60,118 nt of DNA from Thermoplasmata archaeon. Lineage in GTDB: Archaea > Thermoplasmatota > Thermoplasmata > Lutacidiplasmatales > UBA184. Position 1 is the first letter of the stretch; each line of letters starts with the position of its first letter. The notes below the pieces were generated by a model. That model had not been told where the DNA came from. It worked only from the letters and a program-made list of their open reading frames with translations, and ran no database searches. Position numbers and translations under genes: made by a program. Below are positions 9,740 to 17,355 of the stretch, piece by piece. Location: NCBI GenBank assembly GCA_038729445.1, contig JAVYSA010000003.1, positions 1-60,118 of the forward strand, given 5' to 3'.

Positions 9740-9898
9740 ATGGGCCGCGCCGAGGCCCGTCGGCTCGGGCTGCCGTGGAATCGGGTCGGGGGATGGAAGC
9801 GGACCCTGCGCAAGACGGGGTCGCTTCGTGGGGACGCGCTGCGTAGGTTGAAGGGGGCGCTGGTCGCACCGCCTCCCGCTGCTGAGCCCGCGCCGTAG
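9740..9898 (+). pseudogene. Possible relic of an HTH (transposase/resolvase N-terminal type) ORF
   Basis: 52 codons in the same frame as the AlbA_2 ORF, beyond its TAG. MGRAEARRLGLPWNRVGGWKRTLRKTGSLRG resembles the A-R-R-L-G-x-S-x-x-T-V-x-R-W HTH pattern of IS/resolvase N-termini. Too short to be functional alone. Confidence 0.25.
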
Positions 9899-10024
9899 AT
9901 CGCGGGGGGGCGGTCCCGACGGCGGGGGCGGGCGAATCGGCCGCTGTGGAGGTATTTAAAGGGCCGAACGGCGGGCCGAGGTGGACCTACTTACGGGCCT
10001 CCGTAATGTGGCGCAGAAAGTCCG

Positions 10025-10097
10025 TGGGCGCGGCCAGATTCGAACTGGCGACCTTCACCGTGTCAGGGTGACGTCATAACCACTAGACTACGCGCCC
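10025..10097 (-). tRNA. tRNA-Val (anticodon GAC)
   Basis: The reverse complement folds as a cloverleaf. Acceptor GGGCGCG/CGCGCCC, anticodon stem TCACC/GGTGA with loop CTGACAC, T arm GCCAG-TTCGAAT-CTGGC, discriminator A. CCA is not encoded. TATA-like AGATAG lies about 28 nt upstream. Confidence 0.9.
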
Positions 10098-10166
10098 AGC
10101 CGGCGGCGCACCGACGCCGGGCAGATAGCCCCTTCGCCAGACGGGTGGGGGGGCGGCGGCGCGCGC

Positions 10167-11738
10167 CTAGCCGTAGCCGCCCGGGGGCGTGTCGGCCGGG
10201 TCCGCCGAGCGGTTCCAGTGGTAGTAGCCCATCGTCTGCCGCTGGGACTCGGTGACGTCCTGCCGGACCCCGCCCTGGTAGGAGCCGTAGGCCTCCTTGA
10301 TCTGCTCCTCGATCGGGCGGGCCCGCACGATCGCACGGCGGACGTGCTCGGCCTCGATCACGGGGCTCGCCGAGGTCGTCGCGATGTCGCCGGCGGTGCG
10401 CAGCAGGCCGCCGAGCTCGCGCAGGCGCAGGGTCAGGGCGTTGCGCTTGCCGTCCAACGCCTCGGCCCGCCGGCGCGCCTCCTTGACGATCTCGAGGATC
10501 GCCTCGCGGGAGGCGGGCCGGATCCGCCCGTCGGAGGCGATCTCCTGGGCGCAGAACTGCGCGAGCTTGAGCCGGTTCGCCTCGGTGTCGGGCATCGTCG
10601 TCTCGAGCAGGAGCTCGTAACCGTTCCCGGCGATCCGCGAGCGCAGGGGCGAGAGGATCTGGTGGACGTCCTGGATGTTCGCCGCCGCGACCAGGATGAA
10701 GTCGCAGGGCACCGCGTCGACCCGCACCGCGGCGCCGGCCGACTGCGGATTGCGGCCGGTGATCGGGAACCGCTTCTCCTGCATCGCCGTCAGGATGAAC
10801 CGCTGCAGCTGCCCGAGGTGCGGGATCTCGTCGATGAAAAGGACCCCCTCGTGGGCCTCGTGGATCGCGCCGGGGATCACCCGCTCGTACGGCGGGGTGC
10901 CGAGCTGCGGGTGCCCGCCGTAGGGGTCGTGGCGGACGTCGCCGAGGAGCTCCGTCTCGCTCGCGCCGGTGGCGAGGACGAAGGTGGGCCGGTCGAGTGG
11001 CACGAGGACCTTGCGGGGGCTCTCGCGCTGCTGGGCGCGGCGGCGTTCGAGCGCCCGCTGGTCGAGGACCTTGATCCGGTCGCCCGCCCGCTCGTAGGCC
11101 ACGACCTCCTCGACCCCCCCGCGGGAGCGGGTGGTCAGGATCGGCTCCGGCGCCGCCGCCCCCTGGGCGTTCATCGTCATCTCGAGCAGCGGTCCGACCA
11201 GGTCGCGGAACGGGTTGCTCGCCCCCCCGCCCGCCGGGAGGCCCTTCGGGGCCCCGCAGCTCGGGCAGAACCGCTCCTGGGGGCTCGAGTAGAACGCGCA
11301 ACGGGCGCAGCGGTAGCCGAGACGCTCGGCGATCGAGGCGGGGGCGTCCCGGGGGGAGATCAGCTCCCCCTCGATCGTGCGGGCCGCCTCGCGCTCCCGG
11401 TAGACCTCCTCCCGGGTCACGACCTCGATCGTCGGCCGCTCGGGGTTCTCCGGATTCTGGACGACCCGGAGCTCGGACCGGGGACGGTCCAGGTGGAGCG
11501 CCAGCGCCTGGGCGGTCATCGACTTGCCGACCCCCGGTGGGCCGACCAGGAGGAGATGGCGGCGCTGGAATGCCGCGATGCGGGCGAGCTCGACGGCCTT
11601 CTCCTGGCCGATCACGCGCTCGAGCGGATCGGTCGGAATCGGGATCTCGTCGGACGTCTCGATCTCGTCCAGGGCCGCCGGAGACCGTCGATCGACCGCG
11701 TCGGGTGGGCTCGGCATGCAGGCTCCGTGAGGATTCAC
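10167..11738 (-). CDS. LonB-type AAA+ ATPase without protease domain, carrying a zinc-ribbon insertion
   Basis: LonB-like N-terminus and Walker A (RVIGQEKAVELARIAAFQRRHLLLVGPPGVGKS). Also GDVRHDPYGG, Walker B GVLFIDEI, LRSRI and LTLRLRELGGLLRTAGDIA. The usual TM insert is replaced by a soluble insert with CARCAFYSSPQERFCPSCG. The ORF ends about 30 aa after the AAA+ lid, so there is no S16 protease domain. Confidence 0.85.
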   Translation of the reverse strand: MNPHGACMPSPPDAVDRRSPAALDEIETSDEIPIPTDPLERVIGQEKAVELARIAAFQRRHLLLVGPPGVGKSMTAQALALHLDRPRSELRVVQNPENPERPTIEVVTREEVYREREAARTIEGELISPRDAPASIAERLGYRCARCAFYSSPQERFCPSCGAPKGLPAGGGASNPFRDLVGPLLEMTMNAQGAAAPEPILTTRSRGGVEEVVAYERAGDRIKVLDQRALERRRAQQRESPRKVLVPLDRPTFVLATGASETELLGDVRHDPYGGHPQLGTPPYERVIPGAIHEAHEGVLFIDEIPHLGQLQRFILTAMQEKRFPITGRNPQSAGAAVRVDAVPCDFILVAAANIQDVHQILSPLRSRIAGNGYELLLETTMPDTEANRLKLAQFCAQEIASDGRIRPASREAILEIVKEARRRAEALDGKRNALTLRLRELGGLLRTAGDIATTSASPVIEAEHVRRAIVRARPIEEQIKEAYGSYQGGVRQDVTESQRQTMGYYHWNRSADPADTPPGGYG

Positions 11739-11808
11739 CCACGGAAGGGACTAAAAGGTTGGCCCGGCGGTGGCGTGCGTGCCACCGCCGGCCTTGGGCG
11801 TCTTCCGT

Positions 11809-13131
11809 CTAGGCCGGGGACGCCGCGAGGTCCTGCCGGGTGTAGACCCGGACCCCCTCGGGCATCTTGCCGATCGGGCCCAGCCGGGATCCGACCACCG
11901 TGCCGATCTTCTTCTCCTGGGCGACGTCGAGGAGGCGCTGGCTGACGACCCCGTCGAAGACGATCGCCCGGGCCGGGCCCGTGAGGCCGGAAAGGGCGTC
12001 GATGAGGTCCTTGACCGGCGTCTCCTGCACGACGGCATCCCCCTCCCCCAGGATGAGGCCCCGCGAGGAGTTCTCGACCTGGGCGAGGAGCTCGAAGTAG
12101 CGCTGGAGCTCCGGGGGGAGCGGCTGGGGTGGGGCGGCCGGAGGCGCCGCCGGCGGGGGAGAGGGCCGCGGGGGCGCGGAGGGAGGCGGGGGCGGCGGGG
12201 CCGGCCGTTCCTCCCGGCCGCGGGGCGGGGGGCCCCGCTCGTCGCGGCGGTCGCGGTCGCCCCGATCCTCCATCGGGCCTCGCGTCGCGCCGGTCGACTC
12301 GAACCCGGTCATCTCCAGGTACTGGTTGATCGGGATCTTGTTCCGCAGGCACTTGAGCAGCTGCTTCTGCGTGAGCTCCTCGACCTCGCTCCCGCGGGGG
12401 GCGCGGGCGACGAAGTCGAGGTCCATCGTCTGCAGCATCTCCCGGAGGATGAGCTCCCCGGCCCGGTCCCCGTCGGTGAAGGCCGTCACGGTCTTGCCCC
12501 GGGAGAGGTCCTTGACCGTCTGGGGAACGCTGGTGCCTTCCACCGCGATGACGTTCTTGATGCCGCAGCGCAGGAGGTTGAGGACATCGGACCGGCCCTC
12601 CACCACGATCAGGGCGTCGGCCTGGTCGATGTTCGGCCCCGCGGGCAGGTGCTCGGGCCCGTAGGTCGTGATCTCCTCGACCTGGACGGCCTTGCGGACG
12701 GCCTCGGTGAGGTCGACACCGACCCCCTTCGACTCCTCCTGGAGCTTGGCGAGGATCGTCTTGGCGCGTTCGACCACCTTCTGGCGCTTGGCGACGCGGA
12801 TGTCCTCGACGCTGACGACCTCGATCTTGGCCCGGCACGGGCCGATCCGGTCGACGGTCTCGAGCCCCGAGGCGAGGATCGCGGTCTCGACCTGGTCGAG
12901 CGACGAGGGGATCACGATCTCCCCCTCGCTGCGGCCCTTGCGAGAGTCGATGTCGACCTCGATGCGGCCGATGCGACCGGACTTCTGCAGGTCGCGCAGG
13001 TCGAGCTCGTCCCCGAGCAGGCCCTCGGTCTGCCCGAAGACGGCCCCGACGACGTCGGGCTTGTCGATGACGCCTTCGGCGGTGATGCGGGCGCGGATCT
13101 GGTACTTGGCGGCGCTGGGATCGTTCGTCAT
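11809..13131 (-). CDS. dnaG: Archaeal DnaG primase (Toprim domain protein)
   Basis: Start trimmed to ATG 13129-13131 (MTNDPSAAKYQIRARITAEGVIDKPDVVGAVFGQTEGLLG). Toprim motifs ALIVVEGRSDVLNLL and TAFTDGDRAGELI. A Pro-rich low-complexity insert precedes the C-terminal domain. Confidence 0.92.
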   Translation of the reverse strand: MTNDPSAAKYQIRARITAEGVIDKPDVVGAVFGQTEGLLGDELDLRDLQKSGRIGRIEVDIDSRKGRSEGEIVIPSSLDQVETAILASGLETVDRIGPCRAKIEVVSVEDIRVAKRQKVVERAKTILAKLQEESKGVGVDLTEAVRKAVQVEEITTYGPEHLPAGPNIDQADALIVVEGRSDVLNLLRCGIKNVIAVEGTSVPQTVKDLSRGKTVTAFTDGDRAGELILREMLQTMDLDFVARAPRGSEVEELTQKQLLKCLRNKIPINQYLEMTGFESTGATRGPMEDRGDRDRRDERGPPPRGREERPAPPPPPPSAPPRPSPPPAAPPAAPPQPLPPELQRYFELLAQVENSSRGLILGEGDAVVQETPVKDLIDALSGLTGPARAIVFDGVVSQRLLDVAQEKKIGTVVGSRLGPIGKMPEGVRVYTRQDLAASPA

Positions 13132-13328
13132 CTCTTTGGTCTCCGTTCGACGGCCCCGGCGCACCCGTGCGCCGATGCCGGAGGCTACGGAGGGCTCACG
13201 TCGAGCGCGTGACGGAAAGGTGGACGACCGAAACCGGAACCGATCATGAGTCGTAATTCCCGACGCGACGACGAGAGGATCCCTCCTCCGTCTCCGGGTG
13301 CCTGTCAATCGATGGGAGCATGGTCGGG

Positions 13329-13337
13329 TATTTAATA
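13329..13337. promoter_or_regulatory. Strong TATA-like box (TATTTAATA) in the dnaG / hypothetical-gene intergenic region
   Basis: One of the most AT-rich 9-mers I noticed in the window. It lies ~195 nt from the dnaG start and ~110 nt from ATG 13446. A second box, ATTTATA (13403-13409), lies ~40 nt before ATG 13446. Confidence 0.4.
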
Positions 13338-13445
13338 CTGTGCCAAGGAGGGGAGCGGGATGGGGGGTGTCGGGTGCCCCCCGGAACCGCCCCATCGCAC
13401 TCATTTATAGTCGGGTCTCCATCCGCCCGCCGGAAGGGATCGTGC

Positions 13446-14147
13446 ATGCCACGACCACGGAAGACCCGCGGACCGGTCCGAAGACGCCGACGGCAACCGA
13501 GGGCACCGAGGGCGTCGAAGGACGCCGGAAGCGGTCCGAATGACGACTTCGCCTCCCAGCTGAGCCGGGAGCTCGCGAAGGTCCAGGCCACGATGGCCGA
13601 GGAGCAGCGCGAGGAACGGAAGGACCTCGGCCGGCGGGCCGAGATCAATCGCCGCCTCCTCCAGAGCCTGTGGGAGATCCACAACCAGTTCGAGGCCGTC
13701 TCGGTCCACTTGACGATCGAGCCGTCCCCGACGCTCTTCGCGACGTTCGCGGAGTACCCCACGCAGTGGTCGTTCCGGGAGTCGTTCGACTTCGCCTCCT
13801 TGACCTCCATCGAGCTCGCCGATCGGGCCGCCGGATGGGTCGGGTTCGGGATCCGGTTCTGGTACTACCGCGACGGCGAGGGGCGCAGCCGGCTCCGGGG
13901 GATCTTCGAGTGGACCGAGGGCGAGACCTACCACCGGTACACCGGCTGGATGCGCACGATGAACCAGGCGGTCCTGGCCGACACGAACGAGCACGAGGTC
14001 GACCTCGACGCGATCCAGTCGACGCTCCGGGACGTGGCGGTACATTGGTACGGGGCGCATCTCGACCGGTCCCCGACGACCCTGATCGAGCACCTCAAGT
14101 CGCATTACCCTCCCGGCACCACCTACACCAAGGAGTCGTACCGCTGA
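13446..14147 (+). CDS. Hypothetical protein (basic N-terminus, coiled-coil, W/Y/F-rich globular domain)
   Basis: Start trimmed to ATG 13446 (MPRPRKTRGPVRRRRRQ). Non-repetitive, protein-like composition (WEIHNQFEAVSVHLTIEPSPTLFATFAEYPTQWSFRESFDF...IFEWTEGETYHRYTGWMRTMNQ). No family recognised. Confidence 0.6.
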   Translation: MPRPRKTRGPVRRRRRQPRAPRASKDAGSGPNDDFASQLSRELAKVQATMAEEQREERKDLGRRAEINRRLLQSLWEIHNQFEAVSVHLTIEPSPTLFATFAEYPTQWSFRESFDFASLTSIELADRAAGWVGFGIRFWYYRDGEGRSRLRGIFEWTEGETYHRYTGWMRTMNQAVLADTNEHEVDLDAIQSTLRDVAVHWYGAHLDRSPTTLIEHLKSHYPPGTTYTKESYR

Positions 14148-14237
14148 CCCGGATCGCCCCGTCCCGACGCGAGCCTTGAAATACGCCGATCCGCCTCGTG
14201 GCCCGCCGGGGCCCGCCGCGCGGGCGCCGGGGCGGTC

Positions 14238-15773
14238 GTGGGCGTCTCCTCCTCGGTACGGGACCATCTCGTGGCCTACCTCGCCTCCCACCGGAAGCTT
14301 GCGGAGTCCCAGGCGATCGAGCTCCTTGCGGCCGACCGTCAGCCTCTCCTCTTCTGCCAGCAGGTCCTCGAGGTCGCCGGGCCGGAGACCCCGCTCATCA
14401 CCCGCGAGCTGGTCGAGGAGGTCGCGGAGCGGCGGGGTCCGAGGCCCGGCCCGATCGTGCGCCCGGAGTCGCCCACCGACGGCCCGGCCGCACCCCGGCG
14501 CGCCGCCCCGCCGTTCCAGGTCCTCGTGCAGGGATTCGTCGCTCCCCCGCCCCATCAGGATCCCCTTTCGGCCTACGGGGCCCTCTTCTCGGACCGGTAC
14601 CGGCGGCTCAGCCGGCTCCTCACCGGTCGGGCATCGCTGCGAGGACTCCGGCCGATCCGGGAGCTCCGCGGCGCCGAGCGCGAGGCGTCGATCATCGGGA
14701 TGGTCCGCGAGGTTCGCGCGACGCCGAAGCAGCATCACCTCATCGTGACGGTCGAGGACGAGACGGGGACGGCCGAGTGCCTCCTGCCCAAGGACTCCCC
14801 ACTCTCCCGCGAGCCGATCCTCCCCGACGAGGTCGTGGGGGTCTCCCTCGCCCTTCCGAAGGACCGGGGCCGCCTCCCGCGCGTCGAGGGGTGGGAGCGG
14901 CCGGACGTGCCGATCGGCCGGGTCCCGGGCCGGGCGGACCGACCCGTACGGGCGATCTTTCTGTCCGACCTGCACATCGGCTCGAAATCGTTCCTCGCCG
15001 ACGCGTGGGGCCGGCTGGTCGACTTCCTCGGCGGGAAAGGCCCCGCGCCGGACCTCGCCCGATCGATCGAGGTCGCGGTCGTCGCGGGCGATCTGGTCGA
15101 CGGGATCGGGATCTATCCAAGGCAGGAGCAGGATCTTGCCATCGCGGACGTCGTGGAGCAGTACCAGGAGCTCGGCCGACGGCTCCGGGAGCTTCCCCCG
15201 ACGATGACGATCGCCGTGGTCCCGGGCAACCACGATGCGGTCTCCCCGGCCGAGCCCCAACCGGCCCTCGCCTCCGGGATCGCGGCGTCCCTCCCCCCGA
15301 ACGTCCGGTCGCTCGGCAACCCCTCGACGTTCGCCGTGCACGGCGTCGTCGTCGAGGCGTACCACGGACGGGGGTTCGATGACCTCATTCCGGCGATCCC
15401 CGGCGCCTCCTACGGCCGGCCGACCGACGTGATGAAGCGGATGCTCGCGATGCGGCACCTCGCCCCGATCTACGGGGGACGGACGCCCCTCGCGCCCCTG
15501 CCGCGCGACGGCCTCGTCATCGACCCGGTCCCCGACGTCCTCGTGACCGGGCATGCCCACACCTACGGGGTCGACCGATATCGGGACGTGCTGCTCCTGA
15601 ACGTGTCGACCTGGCAGGGGGAGACGGAGTACCAGAAGATGCGGAACATCACGGCGGTGCCGGCGCGCGCGACGATCGTCGACCTGAACCGGCCGGGCGC
15701 GGCGGACGGAATCGTCCACCTGGATGCCTCCGGCCCGTCGCTCCGCCTCTCGGGAGGGGGGCTGCCCGCGTGA
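14238..15773 (+). CDS. DNA polymerase II (PolD) small subunit DP1
   Basis: Calcineurin-like phosphoesterase motifs FLSDLHIGSK, VAGDLVDGIG, VPGNHDA and VTGHAHT, plus an OB-fold region (HHLIVTVEDETGTAECLLPKD). GTG start. Confidence 0.9.
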   Translation: MGVSSSVRDHLVAYLASHRKLAESQAIELLAADRQPLLFCQQVLEVAGPETPLITRELVEEVAERRGPRPGPIVRPESPTDGPAAPRRAAPPFQVLVQGFVAPPPHQDPLSAYGALFSDRYRRLSRLLTGRASLRGLRPIRELRGAEREASIIGMVREVRATPKQHHLIVTVEDETGTAECLLPKDSPLSREPILPDEVVGVSLALPKDRGRLPRVEGWERPDVPIGRVPGRADRPVRAIFLSDLHIGSKSFLADAWGRLVDFLGGKGPAPDLARSIEVAVVAGDLVDGIGIYPRQEQDLAIADVVEQYQELGRRLRELPPTMTIAVVPGNHDAVSPAEPQPALASGIAASLPPNVRSLGNPSTFAVHGVVVEAYHGRGFDDLIPAIPGASYGRPTDVMKRMLAMRHLAPIYGGRTPLAPLPRDGLVIDPVPDVLVTGHAHTYGVDRYRDVLLLNVSTWQGETEYQKMRNITAVPARATIVDLNRPGAADGIVHLDASGPSLRLSGGGLPA

Positions 15774-16249
15774 GCCCGTACCCGATGGACCCCGCCGACG
15801 CCCGGGGGCCGATGCGGATCGTCGCGACGACGTTCCCGACCGCCGCCGGCGCCGACCGGGCGATGGAGCGGATCGTGGCGGCGAGGCTCGCGAGCTGCGC
15901 GCACGCCATCCCGATCCGCTCGCGCTACTGGTGGCACGGCCGCCGCGCCGGGGGGGCGGAGACCCTCGTGACCTTCCACACCGTCCCGAAGCTCGTCGGC
16001 GCGCTCATGGACCGCCTGCGCCAGGCCCATCCCTACGAGGTCCCGTGGATCGCGGAGCTCGACACCCACCGCGTCGTGGGGAAGTACCTCGAGTACCTTG
16101 CCCGGGAGCTCGACCCGTCGTCGCCCCCGCCCCCCCTCGGAGGGGGTCCTACGCGTCGGGCAGCACCGCGAGGCCGGGGAGCTCGAGCCCCTGCACGAAC
16201 TCGAGCGCCGCCCCGCCCCCGGTCGACACGAAGCCGAAGGCGTCGCTGA
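15770..16249 (+). CDS. cutA: Divalent-cation tolerance protein CutA with an R/P-rich C-terminal run-on
   Basis: CutA core: RIVATTFPT...ARLASCAHAIPIRSRYWWHGRRAGGAETLVTFHT...HPYEVPWIAEL. GTGA overlap with the DP1 stop (alternative starts ATG 15785 and 15812). The last ~45 aa are antisense to the pgk 3' end. Confidence 0.8.
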   Translation: MSPYPMDPADARGPMRIVATTFPTAAGADRAMERIVAARLASCAHAIPIRSRYWWHGRRAGGAETLVTFHTVPKLVGALMDRLRQAHPYEVPWIAELDTHRVVGKYLEYLARELDPSSPPPPLGGGPTRRAAPRGRGARAPARTRAPPRPRSTRSRRRR

Positions 16250-17333
16250 CGCCGAGATCGGCGGCGACGCGGGCGCTGTCCCCGCCGGCGGCGACGTGGT
16301 GGCCCCCGATCTCGCGCAGGGCCGCGAGGGTCTCCCGCGTCCCGGCGGCGTAGCGGGGATCCTCCGCGAGGCCGAGCGGGCCGTTCCAGAAGACCGTCCG
16401 GGAGCCCGCGAGGGCCTCGCGGAAGGCTCGCACGGTCGCCGGCCCGATGTCCGGATAGCGGGCGGAGGGCCCCGGGGCCTCCTCGAGGGTCACGACGCGC
16501 GGCCCGGCGCCTCCCGGCTCCTCCGCCACGAGGTCGACGGGCAGAACGATCCGGGTCCCGCTCTCCGATGCCTTTGCCGCGAACTCGGCCAGGGCCCGGT
16601 CGAGGGCCGGGTCGGCGGCCGCCGGGCCGATGCCGGGATGGGTCCGCGCAAGGAACGGCAGGGCCAGAGCGCCGCCGATCAGGAGGGCGTCGGCCCGTCC
16701 CAAGAAGCTCGCGAGGAGGGGGAGCTTGTCGGCGACCTTGGCGCCGCCGACGATCGCGACGTAGGGCCTTGGCGGGCCCTCCCGCAGCGGGGTCAGGGCC
16801 TGGATCTCCCTCTGGACCAGGAGGCCCGCATACGACGGCAGCCGCCGGGGCACGCCGACGGTCGAGGCGTGGGCGCGGTGGACGGTCCCGAACGCCTCCT
16901 CGACGAACACCTCGCCGAGCCGGGCGAGCTGGGCCGCGAATCCCGGATCGTTCGCCTCCTCCCCGGGGGAGAAGCGCAGGTTCTCGAGCAGGAGGAACTG
17001 GCCGTTCTGGAGACGGGCCGTCGCCTCGATCGCGTGGACCCCCACGACGTCCGCCGCCATCGGGACGGGCTGGCCGAGGAGGGCGCTCAGGCGGTGGGCC
17101 ACGGGCTTCAGGGTGTAGCGGGGGTCGACCCTCCCGTCGGGGCGCCCGAGATGGCTCATCAGGATCGTTCGGGCCCCCGCGGCGCGGAGGTGCTCGAGTG
17201 TCGGCAGGGCTTCCCGGATCCGATGGTCGTCGGCGATCTTTCCGTCCGCGGTGAGCGGGACGTTGAAGTCGACGCGCACCAGGACGCGGCGGCCCCGGAC
17301 GCTCGCCTCCTGGAGCCCCCGCTTGCCGCCCAC
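16149..17333 (-). CDS. pgk: Phosphoglycerate kinase
   Basis: 394 aa with RVLVRVDFNVPL, ILMSHLGRP and a C-terminal GGGAALEF pattern. Confidence 0.95.
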   Translation of the reverse strand: MGGKRGLQEASVRGRRVLVRVDFNVPLTADGKIADDHRIREALPTLEHLRAAGARTILMSHLGRPDGRVDPRYTLKPVAHRLSALLGQPVPMAADVVGVHAIEATARLQNGQFLLLENLRFSPGEEANDPGFAAQLARLGEVFVEEAFGTVHRAHASTVGVPRRLPSYAGLLVQREIQALTPLREGPPRPYVAIVGGAKVADKLPLLASFLGRADALLIGGALALPFLARTHPGIGPAAADPALDRALAEFAAKASESGTRIVLPVDLVAEEPGGAGPRVVTLEEAPGPSARYPDIGPATVRAFREALAGSRTVFWNGPLGLAEDPRYAAGTRETLAALREIGGHHVAAGGDSARVAADLGVSDAFGFVSTGGGAALEFVQGLELPGLAVLPDA

Positions 17334-17355
17334 GGCGCCCCGGAAGGGCCCCGGC

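Larger units (their letters stand above)
8024..10024. mobile_element. Probable eroded integrated element / defence islet abutting the 3' end of tRNA-Val
   Basis: Visibly lower GC than the flanks. Contains only truncated or orphan genes (hsdR tail, AlbA_2 ORF, HTH-like stub). Sits next to the tRNA 3' end. No integrase or att repeat found by eye. Confidence 0.45.

Noticed and set aside
9953-10005. A strong TATA-like TATTTAAA (9953-9960) just downstream of the tRNA-Val 3' end. About 30 nt further on, TACTTACGGGCCTCCGTA resembles TACTTACGAGCCTCGTA upstream of the regulator gene (27613-27629).
   Set aside because: Plus-strand transcription from here would run antisense into the tRNA, and no plausible ORF follows. 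The similarity is short (16 matching positions with one substitution and one indel), and the TATA geometry differs at the second site. It may be an att or promoter relic of the eroded element, but I cannot support a call.
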